This document shows, in pieces, positions 25,050 through 38,900 of a stretch of DNA of 64,000 nucleotides (positions are counted from its first letter, which is position 1; every line of letters starts with the position of its first letter). The stretch lies in the NCBI GenBank assembly GCA_053919585.1, contig CM132783.1. The stretch is one strand, 5' to 3'. This stretch comes from Euprymna scolopes (Eukaryota). The notes under the pieces are model-generated. The model was not told the origin of the DNA and ran no database searches. It saw only the letters and a list, made by a program, of their open reading frames with translations. Position numbers and translations under genes: made by a program.

Positions 25050-26280
25050 TGCTCCTATCACAACTAATAAAATCTTTATTTCTTTCAGAGACCATGGCGT
25101 TTTTAGATCAGCTCCATTAAAGCGAGAATCATTTGGGACTGTCATAGAGATCAAACACAATTCTTACGAGTTTGTTCCCTATTACAGTCTGGCTTGATAT
25201 TCTTGTCTTTGTGTATCTACTCGCCTGTATGCCTTTGTCATAAATTACTGTCACTTTTCCGTTTGATATTATCGGTGCTGGTTCATGATTCCAGAAATTC
25301 TAATGGAGGTATTTAGATACATTGTTGGGCCAACAGTGTAAAACAAGCTGCCAATAAAATGAAGCATCTAGATAGTTGGTGGCTTAGTCCCTCAATCGCT
25401 GAGTAGCAACACCTGCACTGACGATTTCCTTGTAAACCAGCAATTTTTTTTAAACCTTTTATGTATAATCTCTTATCTTGAATGGCTACAATGAGCCTTT
25501 CTTTATGAAATAGAACTCCCCCACACTCTTGCGCCATTAAGTGATGCACCCCTGCCTATATATCCCCGATAATCTCTTCCAAGAACTTTCCTGCTCTTTT
25601 ATGATGCTCCCACCATTGTTTTCATGTATCTATCCCCGTGTATTTAGGTGATTTTCTTCAATCTATGCTGCGGATTCATCATAGACATTGCAGTATTTTC
25701 CACTATGACGCATCCAAAGTTTTTAGCAAAGTTTGTGATTTAGGTTGTTAGACGTTTATGGTGGTTCCTCACTATTTCTATTGCCATATCTGTTAAGCTT
25801 TTTATGCAATACCTCATATTAGTTATTGTGGTTCAGTATGCACTTTTTCAGTGAAATCGACGACCTCGTATTTTCATGATGGATACATCCTCTCCATTCA
25901 TTGGTTTCGGTATATTATTTTATGTAAGGGTATGAATCCTGAACTTAGTACCCAGCTTTTTGGTATTCCATTGAGCCAGTCGAAAAATATATGATAGGAT
26001 AACAGGGATTGCTAGCGGATTCATTTCAGTAATTTTTAAGGACGTAATTAAAACTTGAGCATCATTTTTAGGCGTGATATGTAGCCTTATTGCACCTCAT
26101 GTCTCATTTTTTTCAGGCCTCACCCCTGCTTCTCCGAGGTAATTACATGTGGCTACTCTCCTAGATTTTCAATAAAACTTCCATTGAACTGAAGATGTTC
26201 GAATATCGTCTTTTTTTTGTTATTAGTGCATTTGGAATACTAGTCAGATGAAACTGTCTCAGATTGTCCATAAAGAGTAA
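25050..26280 (-). mobile_element. R4/Dong-type non-LTR element C-terminal part (CCHC knuckle + restriction-like endonuclease)
   Basis: ERLIVAIQDK, CRCCYSAIEGLSHQLSRC (zinc knuckle), FWNHEPAPII.NGKVTVIYD, KPD and MTVPND motifs. Confidence 0.75.
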
Positions 26281-28176
26281 ATGGTTCAGTGTTTTACCTT
26301 TTTTTTCTTTTTTGTTACTTCTAATACAACTTTCAGTAGCTTGCTGAAGTGGTCAATTGTAAAGCAGAATAGCAATTGCCTCCTTTGACGATACAATTCT
26401 GCATACTGAAATTTGAAGTTTGTATTGTTCCTTTTCATGTGGTATAGAGTAGTTGATGTTTGCCAGGTGATCAATTATTTTGTACCGAATGTCGTTTTGC
26501 TCTAATGCTCATTTTACTCCATTGCTGTACCAGAATTGAATCACACGTACAAATGGATTTTATAGTTAATACACGTCATTAACAATTTCTTTGGCGCTTT
26601 TTTCCGTTGTTTTATTAAGGAAGAGTTGATCCTGTTTACAAAGTTTATTTCTGTTTAATTTCGTAAGTTCTTCGTATTTTAGAGGAACTTTTAATGAACG
26701 TATTTAAAAAAATCATATTACATAGGCTAAAGGAATTATTGGGTATTTATTTTTGTACAATCTGAAAATGAACAAACCTTGAGAAATAAATGAAAGAAAA
26801 TTCCTGACAATATTAAGTTTGTAACCTAACTATTAATTCCAGGATTTTTGCATAATCGGTAAATTTGAAGATTTTTGTTAACTTAGAACCATTTTTTTCT
26901 ATTAGATATGATTTTGTTTTCTTCTGATTATGTATTTATTTTCAACAAGAAAATAATTTGTTGTACTGTTGCAGAAAATATATATTTACTGTGAGCGGTT
27001 AATTAAACAAAAAATCAAGGAAATATATACAATTAAAAAGTTTTTAAAATATTTGATGAAAAAAGATATCAACAATGAGACATATAATAATTGATTGATA
27101 ATTGATTGAAGACATCAGATTTGGAAAATTATCAATATTTTGGTTTTAAAATCTGTAAAACATCTCCCGCAAAAAGTAATTGCCAAAGATAATATTACTC
27201 CTAGGCAAGACGAGATAGCACTCGAAAGAATTTAAGCCAGGTATTTCATTAAACGTTTACAATTTAATAATTCACTAAGAGAAAAAAGGTTCTAAAAAAC
27301 GCATGTGAATTTAGTACAGGAAATATTTGCGTTTAATATTTATGAAATAGCCATTAAAATTAAATTGAAGAAAAAATAGGAGTAGAGTTAATAAAAAACG
27401 ACTCATATTGTTATGTGGGGTAAATCTTACGTTATAACAAACAGGTATATTAGTGCCGACATAGTAACACAGATAGCATTATGCTGGGATTTAAATTGAA
27501 AAAGGCTATTAGGATAGATGGAAAAATGTAGTATTTATTAAACGCAATGAAAAGCATATCGATAGGATTTGATACATAAATATTACGTTTACTAACGTAG
27601 CAGGCTGAACTCTTAACTGGGTACAGTCAGGAAAATGTTAATCAAAAATGGGTACCAAGACAACCTAATAAATGTGTGTATGTTAAGTGGTAATCGAGTA
27701 TGTCGAACAAAGATGGCGCTAGTAAATCAAATCGGTGATGAATCAATTCAGTCACTATCTAGAGGGTCGAGTAATTGTTTAGAACAAAGATGGGGGCGAA
27801 GAATCAATATAGTCGATTCGGTCGTTTCTAGAGAGCGGCTGGTAACGAACTGACTCGCATACAAAATTCGGTATTTTATAATTTGGGCAAAGATTTATCG
27901 TTGGTTTATTGTCCTAAGCTTAATTATAAATAAAATCCTCTTAATGTCGGCAGTCGTACGTTCCATTATAATTTTGGAGGATGACTCTCTTTTCAGCTAT
28001 AGCGCATTGACACTGGGTAAAAAGGATCTGCTATTTTAAAATAATATGGAAGGGACACTTAACGTGTATTTATAGATTATTTTTAATTGAACATATGAGC
28101 TAAGGGATGTGACGTTTGTTCGTTTATAATTAATATAAAAAAGTATTCAGATAAGACAATGTCAATTGAATTTTTA

Positions 28177-28237
<61 letters not shown>

Positions 28238-29099
28238 TTTGAAAATTGTGTTTTGCATTAAAGGGTAAATACATAAGTGCCTGTGGAGTAATTAAATTAT
28301 TATTAGTTTTTTTTTAAATATTTTTAAATTATATATATTTATATAATTTTTCAAATACCTTATGAATATATTCATTTACAAATATTTTTAAATATACCAA
28401 TAACGTATATTTAAAAATAAGATAACGCTTCCTTTGGAAGCGTTAGTAATGATAGTAAGATTTGAAAAAATCACATTTCAAAATACTATGCTATCTCTAG
28501 AATTATAAAAATCATTTCAAAACAATGATTACACATAAGGGCAAAAGCAATTTTTAAAATTATTATAGTTGGATATTTTGGAATTTGAAAAATATAAATC
28601 TTCGTCTAGATATCCCTATTTTAACAGAGCGCAATTATAATAATATTGACATTAGACTCCTAATAAAAAAACTTACTCTATAATAAACCTACTGTACAAC
28701 TGTATTTTTTTAATATAAAATATGAAAAAAAACTTTGTTTCATGGATTAAGATCTAAAAGAAATAATTCTTCTTAATTTAATTTAATTAATTTCATTAAA
28801 TATTTTTTCATTTATGAAACAAATATTTTTCATAGATATAAAACATCGTTCGTTTTATTATTACATATGGTATGGTTTTAACTTATTACAAACTGTTTTA
28901 GGTTAGGAAATAATTACGTATACTGTCATCTAAAGTATTGCTATAACGTATGATAGGGGCACTAAAGAGTCAGCATCCGGGAGAAAAAGTAATTTTCAGA
29001 GCAGTTTATTCAATCATGACCATACCCATGTTGTCTGTCATGTGCAAGAGAAAACGAATAACAACAAGATCCCACTCTGCTTTGGTATGTAGATTAGGA

Positions 29100-30205
29100 A
29101 AAAAGCTTTCAATATTATAGAGTTTTATCAAGTATTCATTATTATCAACAATAATCAAAGATTATACTCTACATACATCACTTTGCTGAAAAACCTATGC
29201 AGTTCGGCTACCTCTACTTTAAACTCCATCGTTACAATAAAAGCAAGCTATAGAAGGGAAAAGACCAGCTGACAGCATCACCCCAGAACTCCTCACAGCC
29301 TATGTTACGGATTCGATACTCAGTCGGATTAAGTGGTGGCGTAGGGGAGTCAATATAGTTTGCAAACACCTGTCACATTTCATCTTCTCTTTGTATGTAG
29401 TACTGACGGTGCAGTCTTTTCAGGGATCAAATGACATTCGAAACGACATTCATCCTTAGAACAAACCAGTTGGCCTAAAAATGCATCTTGCGAAGACCAA
29501 GGTGATTTTAAATTAGCACGCATCCAGGTCACCAATATTACCGATGATGTTAAACCAGCTCGCTGCAAAGTCACAGAATTATTTAGGGAAAAACCATTGA
29601 GGAAGTCAATAATGACATCTATTTGGGAATAAAAATTACAAAAATATAGAAATATCCTCCCTAAGATAAGGAGAATAAGAGCATTGTGATGGGAAACATT
29701 TGGGAAGAGGCACAATATCACGAGAAGCCGAAACGCAAATATGTGAATCAAAGGGAAGATCTATAATGAACATGTACTAACGGTGATGGTCTATAGTAGT
29801 GAAACATGGGTTCTGACAACTTGCAAAAAGGAAAATCTTGACAGGAGCACAAACGAAGATGGGAAGCATTATATAAGACATCACTCTACAAGACAGAAAG
29901 ACAAACATCTGGATCTGCCAAGAAACAAGAGTTTGTGACATCAATACTGCCATCAAAACATGCAAACACAGATAGCCAGGTTACGTAGCCAGACAACATA
30001 ACAACAGATGACCCATCAGGACAAAGGAATGGACACCTCATTAACATAAAATGTCACAGGTAAGACCAAGAACGACTGTAGGAACGACCTGATACAACAC
30101 ATCGGTCACACAAAGATGCAGATGGCTTGAGACAGAGGTAGATGAATAAAGTCCACGGGCGGCGTCCTTATTGAGTGATAACATCCTTATTGTTGATTGA
30201 TTGAA
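29100..30205 (+). mobile_element. RTE-clade LINE 3' fragment
   Basis: Remnants STYITLLKNL, DSITPELL, W.TFGK, KIYNEHVLTVMVYSSETW, GYVAR, EWTP, RPRT and a (ttga)n tail at about 30195. Confidence 0.85.
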
Positions 30206-30299
30206 GTTATGTTTTATAAAATTATTTTTATTATTCAAAGTAAAATGAAGATGTTTTCGATTCTCAATCAGTTGGAATATTTGAAACACCATCCACTAT

Positions 30300-31316
30300 G
30301 ACGAAGCAACACTTATAACTCCATACCTGGAAAATAAAACAATTGAACATGACATAGTGATATGGAACATAAACGACTATGTCAAAAGTAAATAAAATAC
30401 AAAATGCATTCAGAGGAGAAACAGTAGACAAAATAATGGAAACCCGGTATATAAAGGTAGAAATAACATTGATTCAGTTTAAGTCTGTAATTTTAGTGCA
30501 AATTATAGGTGCATAGTCCCTTTCACCAAATTACTGAGAAAATATCCAACGTAGAAGTTTGCTCACTAGTTAACAGTATTTAAATATGTTTAAAATGATA
30601 TGATTGCAATTGTATGAAGGTTAATAATCATGAATCATTTATTTATATTGAACAAGATGAAGCAATGCGATCAGATCAAAGAGAAATAGTAAAGTGATAT
30701 ATATCGTTTAAAAAACTTTGGACTTCCAGAAGCAATGTAGCGCTTTTCTTAAAATACCATGCATTGCCAGATTCATGATTTGTACCGTTTAGCTGTACAC
30801 ATACCGCGGGAGCAAGATATTTATTATCAATAGGAAGAAGCTGAACAAGACAAAAAAATCAACACGATTACACAAATTTTACTGTTCGCTTTGAACGTAA
30901 GTATAATGATCCACAAAAATGTATCCAGTTTCACTTAACCTAAGTGACAAGTTTTACTTACGGAGTTTTCTCCTTCGTGTCTCTGGAGCAAATCCATTTG
31001 AAGATTAAAGATCAGTCATAGAAGATGCATTCCCTATATTTAGAAAAACCTGCATAAGTTGTATGCTATTCCCAAATGATACTGAATGCTCTTACTGAAG
31101 CGACTGCATTTAGAATGCTACAACAACTACATAGCATGTTTATAATGTCATGTCTATATAATCACTCAGTAGATGCTTTTAAACTGTACATTTACCATAA
31201 ACAGAACATGAGTAAAGGTCTTATGTCTGTTAATTATGAAGGGATATGTGAAACCATTGCACTTCATTTGATAAAAGCTATATTTATTAAATATGGTCCA
31301 GTATGGCGAAACTGAA
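30300..31316 (+). mobile_element. Helitron Rep-domain C-terminal relic (left part)
   Basis: NGNPVY, RCIVPF, NVEVCSLVNSI, PEAM.R, RLAVHIP, VSGANPFED, ALTEATAFRMLQQLHSMF. Confidence 0.85.
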
Positions 31317-31595
31317 CAACACTTTGGTTACAAAATGATGTGTAGACGAACAACCCTCATTCGAACCCGGAATCACCTCAGTACACAGAAAATAGAAGAA
31401 GGGAAGAAAGACATGCAAATCGCGTTACTGTCGCAATTAAAATCTGTATATAAATACCTTTTTTGCGAGAGCTGAGAAATCAAGTCAAGGTTGCTTTACG
31501 CAATCGGATAATTATTTTTATACGCGTTAATATGAACGACGGATTTTTTAATTCGCCGAGTTTACACATTAATTTCGACAATTCAATCTATATTT
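31317..31595 (+). repeat. 5' LTR
   Basis: caacact...aatgatgtg...tcattcgaa...aaatcgcgttactgtcgcaattaaaa...tacgcgttaata...acattaatt, matching 34464-34795. Confidence 0.75.
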
Positions 31596-34463
31596 GCCGT
31601 AACCATAGTGAGAAATATGACTAAGCAGCGACATGGTGAAGCCATTTACTGGACAGGCAGACGTAATAGCATGGCTAAAAAATTAAATTTGGTCGCGAAA
31701 CTCTAAAAGGTGGACGATGAGGAAAACCTGTGTTCGTTGTACCAGGACTTAAACGCATTGCTCCTCTACTAAGAAATGAGCGAGATTGACTAACTTGACG
31801 TCGAGCGGTTAGAGACTCGATTACTAGAAGCATTCATTGATGGTGCGTTCACAGTCTTCGGGAAGTTAACCAGAGTGAAATCGCTTTGCACGCAGGTGGA
31901 CGTTTATGTGAACAATATCAAACGATTGGTTGGGCATTGGGTCATGGCTGTATGGGAAACGAGGTATAAGCGCCGGTCTACTCCTCCACCAAGATGTAAA
32001 TGCGACGCCCAGAGAGAGTGTCGGCTTATGTTGATGGAATGCAGTGTTTGGCATATATTGAAAGGATGGTCACATACAATAATTTATGCGAATCGTCGTC
32101 GACTATTGAAGACAACAAAAGTGGGCGTCATTAATATTAGAGGATCATCCTGCCCGTACTGCGGAAGAGGTGAAATCAGTATTTCGTCAAGCGATAATAA
32201 CTATTTTAGGATCGATGCTTTGGTGGTACAGGGTCAGCAATTGGGATTTGATCTGTTGTTAGGGACTGATTTGATAAAGCATTAGGGGGCATCACTGGTT
32301 TACCTACGGGTGGAGCTCGGATCGGCGTCGGAAAATTTTCCACGTGCGCAACTCCCTTTTGCTGTGATCCGGACTTTATTACTCACTTTAAAAATCAGGA
32401 GCAACCATAAATAGTGGCATGTGAATAGGTAGATAAATGCCCATATGATGGACTGCTTAATATCTGAATATCGAGTGGATGCAGACATTCGACCAGATTA
32501 TGATAAAAAAGTTCGTGCGTAGATTGACCAGAATTGCCTTGCGCCATCTCCAGAAGGTAGACTCTGAGCTCCCAAGGGATTAATTCGATTGATGGCCGTG
32601 ATGCAGCAGAATAAGGCAGAAGTGCGGTCAGTAATAGACTACCGCGAACCGAACGATCATATAGATGTACTCACGGCGAAGGGGAATGTTTGCGCTGCCT
32701 AGATTCGCCAGTGGCGCCAAAGAGGGTTAAATTTATCACTGCTTGACCTCAGGAGAGCATATCTCCAAGTACGGGTCTACGAATGCAACGCCAGATGGTA
32801 GGGGTAGATGAAAAAATATACTGTGTAAACGCACAGGGCTTGGCTTGAACGAGGTTCCCCTCATTATGAAAGCAGCCGTTAACAGGGTGCTATTACATGA
32901 GGAAGCTCTGGACAGATTACATCGATGATATCTTTGTTGATAAGGACGTTGTGCTCGCTTTTAGAGTTCAGGAAAATTTAGCTGTATCGGAACTTGAATG
33001 CAAGGACCCAGAACGACTTGGGGAAATCACACGTTTGCTGGAACTAGCTGTGTTAAGAGAGCACGGCGTTCTGCGCTGGAAAAGAGCGAACGTAATTCCC
33101 AATATCATAACACAACGGACTGTATTTTCCTTGTGAGGAAAGCACGTAGGACACCTCCCAGCCTGTTACTGGATACCTATGGCATGCGGAGAAATAATGA
33201 GAAGAGCATGTGTATCTCAATCGGCTGTCGGACAAGATGTCAGACTCCCACCGGCATATGATGCGAGAGATGGTAGAACGGAAAGATGCAGCGTGTGCTA
33301 ACTGGTGTGTAGACAGCCGGCAACTTACCGTATGGGTCGATGCCAGTGTCCTAGCAACTAGAGAAGTTCGAGGCCATGAAGAAAGATGCGTGACCGGAGC
33401 CACTGATCGGTGCAGCGCATGTCACGGAGCTGAACGCGGGCCAGATCATGTCCATTCGCAGGAACAAGTGACATCCATGAATACAACGCACCGCGTATTT
33501 CGCCCGGAAAGTTTGCCCTGCAACAATAAAAGCATCACTTAAGTTGGAAATAGAAGGGTGCATTGACTGATAATCTATTGATCCAGCACCAGTCCACTGG
33601 AAGAAAGAAAGCTGGAGTTGAGCAGTGATTGGCAACGCTCGGGAATGGACATTACATACTACGGGCTTTCCATTTCCTAACTTTTACTGATTGTGGGCCC
33701 TCGCGGTGTTAACTGCTGAGGCAATTACCACGGCAGTACTCGCCAACTATAATTCGTAAACTGCAAGTGGTCTTTTTGAACGAGGCCTAACTTACGAACT
33801 GCTGACAAGTAATGACACGGCTTTCCCAAGCAATTAATTAAAGACGTTTGCCGATGAATAAGACGTGAATTTAAGATTTTGGTGCGCATATGCTCCAATC
33901 AGGAAAGGCATAGAAGGGCGATGTTATCGCACTGTGTAACAGAACGGGGCTATAATGCACTGCTCGATACCAGAAGTTGTCGTACAACGTGACTCCAAAA
34001 GAAGACGAGTCATCTTTGATCTCTCCAGCTAATGCATATCCCGGTACAAGGTCCAGCTGAAAGGAATCGACGTTATGCCACCAGTCGCAGATTCCGACCA
34101 TAGTCCATACCGAATTAGACACCATGTGTGGGTGAAGGCACCAGAGAATCGGTGTACAAAAAAGTTTGCCCAGGGTCGGGGAACCAAGATAATCAGTCCA
34201 CAATCCGCCTCGTGTGATAGTATGCACCGACACGTGAAGGGCATTCACCCTCGATCCCGTCTACTGTCGTAAGAAGATTCTGACAGCACAACTTCCTATG
34301 AGAGCATGTCGGAAAGTCTGAGATCCGATGACGAAACAGACTGGTAATGAGGAAGAATTAGAAACGCGCGTACTTCTGAGAAAGCCCACGGCTTTAAGAA
34401 GCCCCACAACTGCGAAGAAGTAGCCTACAAAGACGACCACCTCCTGAATGTAGCATATGTGAT

Positions 34464-34795
34464 CAACACTGAGTTTACCAAATGATGTGCACAAGAACGA
34501 CAGTCATTCGAATTCGGAGTCTGTACAGTACCGGTAAAAGATGAGAAGGGGAAAAGGATATGAAAATCGTGTTACCGTCGCAATTAAAAGTCTGCATAGT
34601 AGTGTCTGAATGTAATCGTGACTTTGTGACCATGACAACAAAGACGAAGACGAGGAGGAAGACGTAAAAGAAATAGAAGGAAAAGGAGACCCGAGAACTA
34701 AAGAGAATCTGAGTTATTTTTGTACGCGTTAATACAGCCTACAGATTTTTGTTTTCTTCGTCGAGGTAAAACATTAATTCAACCACTTCAAATAG
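34464..34795 (+). repeat. 3' LTR
   Basis: caacact...aatgatgtg...tcattcgaa...aaatcgtgttaccgtcgcaattaaaa...tacgcgttaata...acattaatt. Confidence 0.75.
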
Positions 34796-34799
34796 ATAA

Positions 34800-35760
34800 T
34801 ACGACTCAAAACATGATCCAACCTAATGTTGAATTGCTAAACAATGAACAATTAGAAGTTTAATACTAGTATGAATACTGTCATGGCAACTGAAAGAGAA
34901 CCCATACTTAACAATGGCTTATAGTTCGCTGGTCTGTCTGGATACGGAAAACCTTTTTTATTCAACATTTTGTATGAATACTTCGTTCTCAACAGAACTG
35001 TGACATCCACTGCTGCGTGACCTGGGATTAACTTCTACTGCTACTAGCTTCAGGGAATATACTTCCGAGTATATTAAAACTACCTGCACCTCTTTCAAAA
35101 ACCAATGTAAGCAAAGTGTTTCCTGTATCGGAGAATGCTTTCGTTTTGAGAAACGTAAAGCTATTCACTATAGGTGAAACTGCTAAGACACCAGTTATGC
35201 ACTGCGTGCTACAGACAGATGTCTACAGGATATAATGAATCACAATAACATATTTGATGGACATTTTTTTATACTGAGAGATCATCTCAGACAAATATTG
35301 CCAGTACCGCTACATGGCTAACCTGCATCTATTATAGAAACTTGCCTTAAAGGATGCACATTTTTGTATCATTCCAGTCAAGCATCAAACGTCAGCACTA
35401 ACATACACGAAGAAGTGTTCTGAAGGGGGCTTCTTCATCTTGAAAGTAGAACACTAAGGGGCAGTATATTTGTTCCTACTTATTCTGTATGAAATGGCTC
35501 ATTACTTTCAAAAATATTGCATCGCAAAAATGGAAAATACAATCACCATGACTCCAAAAATGCAGAATGTTCACAAATAATTGAGGGCATTCTAAATGAA
35601 CTACCAGGATTCATAAAATATGTAAGTATCGATTTAATTTCCGATGATGATCTTAATGAACTTCAAAATTACACCATCGAATTTATAAATTGATTAACAT
35701 GATTCGTAGTGCTGCCTCGCCAACTTACTTTTAAAAAAGGAACAATGGTGCAACGATTGT
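34800..35760 (+). mobile_element. Helitron Pif1-like helicase relic (right part)
   Basis: LNNEQ, Walker A-like GLSGYGK, TAA.PGI, KLPAP, LFTIGE (like LIIWDE), DHLRQILPV, NYTIEFIN, LP.QLTFKKG. Confidence 0.85.
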
Positions 35761-35899
35761 GCAGGGGACATCGGATCCCTCATACGTAAATAAAATGCCG
35801 CACATGATGCCCTTCTAAAAAATGTAGTATCCTCCACACTCAGCGAGTGTTAGCTTTCATCGCTGCAACAGAACAGTGAGATATAAAATAATAGCGACG

Positions 35900-36500
35900 G
35901 ATAGCGGGCTTTGGCCGTTTGTAAAATACGTTTAAATATTTTGTCTAGATTTCTTATATCTATAACAATACAAAACTCAGATTTGGTTTTTTGCTTGGGC
36001 GTTTTAAGCCTTCATCCGGTTTCTATCTTTCAAGTTTCCAAAAATTCTCTGATTGCCTATTCATTTCCTCCCTGTCTTAAATCCGATATCCAGTGCTACT
36101 ACTGCTATTCAAAGCATACACAAGGTCAGTACGGCATCAGATCCCTGATTTATATCTACAAACATATTCTGTAGATTTCAAAGAATTGCAGCATTCACCG
36201 ATTATGTTTTCGAACGTTTTCGAAAGTATAGGTGAGTAAGATAAACTCAACATATCGTCGAACTAATGCCTGCCAACAGTAGTTCCAAGGCGAACTTCCA
36301 TTAAAAGATGTATAACCATTTTCAATAAACTGGATTTAAAGTAGAAAGTTTCTATGATATTTTTTCTTTAGCAATTAACAATGGAATGTGAATTTCTATG
36401 GATATAAAAACACTGGGCATGCAACAGGTTGCTCATTACTATTTCAAATAAGGTTGGATCCGTTTGTATATCAAGTAACTGAAGTGATATAATGGAATCA
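35900..36500 (-). mobile_element. CR1-group RT fragment
   Basis: Minus strand PILSKTFENII and DAVLTL...ALDIG (early RT motifs). Confidence 0.5.
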
Positions 36501-36549
36501 ATTGGATTGGAATTGATTTATCTGGAAAACCACAAAAATATGTGCGCAT

Positions 36550-38900
36550 GAGCCAAGCCTCTTTTTGCCACTCAATTGTGTGCATGTATCATCGTACTGG
36601 GCAACACCTTTCTGATTTATTTATCACTCACACTTCTTTTATCTTTCTACATGCAAGTTTCAACGTATTATCTCTTGAATGCAGAATTACATCTCTATTA
36701 TAAATTATTTCTCGATGGCTGCTTTTAAACTCTGTAATAAGCACTGTTCTGCATGTAGCATCCCTTGTACATTCCTCATTATGATTTTTCTATTTAGGGT
36801 TCACCTGATTCTTTTTTAGTTTCTTGCGCTCCAATGAAATATATTTTGAAGTAGTTGGCAATCCTCATTTTGTAATTGTAATCACCTATAAATTTAATGA
36901 GGAATTTGTCCTTGAATTTTTAATGTAAGCATAGATCCTCTGTCGTTTACTATATTTCATGAACGCTATATTTTTGCAAACACATTTTAGATTCTGAAAA
37001 GTTCATGTGTCCATTTATAAGCATTGCATTCATCCCGCCCATAAGACATTTAAATATACATTATAATTTTCTGGCTAGTTTGGCTATAACACTACCATGT
37101 CGTACATAACTTGATTAGAGTTCCTGTGTCCCCCCTCACTCCGTTTTAGTTATTTAATGTAGGGGTTACAGTATTATTTCTTAGCTTTATCATGTGTTTT
37201 TGTTCAGATATTAGTCCCAGACATTTTGTGTTCTTCTACAGTGGGGATTACTGTGCTACCGAGTTCCAGTGTAGGGCATTTTTAATTATAGAAATCTACC
37301 TGGAAGTTTAGTTTATGTAAGTCTCTTATTATTCCATATTGCAATCTAAGTCAAAACAGATTGCTGATATGTGCTTATTGCTAATAAATGGTTTATGTAT
37401 AGATGTTTCAGTCGAAATAGGTGATCAGTTTTGCTTCTTTAATTGCGAAATCAAATAAGGTTGTAAGATTCAAGATACTAATACAGTCTGTCTTTTACTA
37501 TCCTTTCGATTATCTCGAACCTACAGCTAGTTAATCGAACTCGCTCTGTAGTTTTGCGGTTTCGACTTGGCTTTTCTTAGTCTTATGCTTGGCCTTATTG
37601 TAGTTTGTCTCAATGATGCCTTTAAATTGTTGTAAGTTCTTGGTAGTAATGTTAGTATTTTGTAAAACGTTGTCGTAAGATCTTCTAGGACTTTATTGTG
37701 GAGTGTTTTAATAGAATCTTTAATTCGCTTAATATAAGCAGTTTCTGATTAGAAAGTTTACTAGGTTGATTAGGGCTTCTTGATTTTATCTTTCTTCATT
37801 ATCTTCTTGTTCCTTGTTTCGATTAGTTAGAATTTTTTTCGTCTTCAAACAGCACACTTTCTATTTTCTGATAGTTGTGCAGATTTTTAGGGCGGGGTGT
37901 TTGGTGAGTAAAGGATCCTTGAGTAATATAGAAGGATTGGGTAACTTTTGCATTTGCTATTGTTTAGTTTGGTTTGTAGTATTTTAGTTTAATCAATCTT
38001 GGATTGGAAAGCCTTCGTTAGGTCCAATTTAGCTAACCTAAAAGAAATTATATTTTATGTTTCTACTACTAATTCTATCATAAATTCAATCAGGTTATTT
38101 TTTACGTTTCTTGTCTTCAAAACCAGTTATTTATCATGTTAGCCATATTTGCATACATTGATGGGCCTGGTTTGCTCTCAACTGACGTTCTTACTTCTAG
38201 GTATGCTAGACATTTTGTGTGTTTGATTGTAGTTATTTGTTTTCTTTCTTTCTTCAGAACTTCACATTCTTTGGAGTCAGCTGGGTGTTTTGTTTACAAT
38301 ATGCACATTTTAATGGCATATCGCAAGTTATGTGTTTTCCAATTTCTCCACAGGTTTTAAATATTGATGGTATGGTTGATCTGTTTGTGATGGTCAAATT
38401 CCTGGTAAGATATATAAAGTTATAGGTTTTCGATTATATGTCTGATTTTTATTTCGGTAAGTAGTTTGGGGTGTTGACGTTTCGGATGTAGGTGTTCGTT
38501 AGAATCATTTGATTTTTTTAATTGTAACTCTTTGGGTGTCTATTACGGGTAGTTTCGTTTAAGTTACTTTTGATTTAATCTGGCAAAATAGTAGAAATTT
38601 TTTACTCGTTATCATGCCTTTAAGGGAGTTCAAAGTGATGTGGAGGTATACTTTTGTGTTAAGGTCGTTGGCATGTTTCTTTGTTTGTTGCTGGGAATTT
38701 AATGGATACTTCTGTAAGAAGTGTGTTGTTCCTTAAGTTTTTAAATTAATGTGGTTTTTGTTATAGATATATTTTTTCAATAATGAATAAGGATAATTAA
38801 AATATTAGAATGTGGCTCTACTTATTCAAAAACGATTACTCTTGAGAATATATTATCGTTGTTTTTGTTGTCTGTATTGGATCTTTAGTCAGTATGAGAA
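36550..38900 (-). mobile_element. Highly decayed Penelope-like RT region
   Basis: A-rich minus strand with remnants resembling PLE motifs (ILLKD, VDFY, VLMGG like FDVTMG, YRDD-like, KIF...KI.I). Confidence 0.35.

Larger units (their letters stand above)
31317..34795 (+). mobile_element. Gypsy-type LTR retrotransposon, near full length and decayed
   Basis: Protease (FDLLLGTDLI); RT (PKGLIRLMAVMQQNKAEVRSVIDYRE, LLDLRRAYLQVRV, YIDD); RNase H (VWVDAS); integrase (MDITY...LTDCGPSR); order PR-RT-RH-IN; flanked by direct repeats. Confidence 0.88.
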
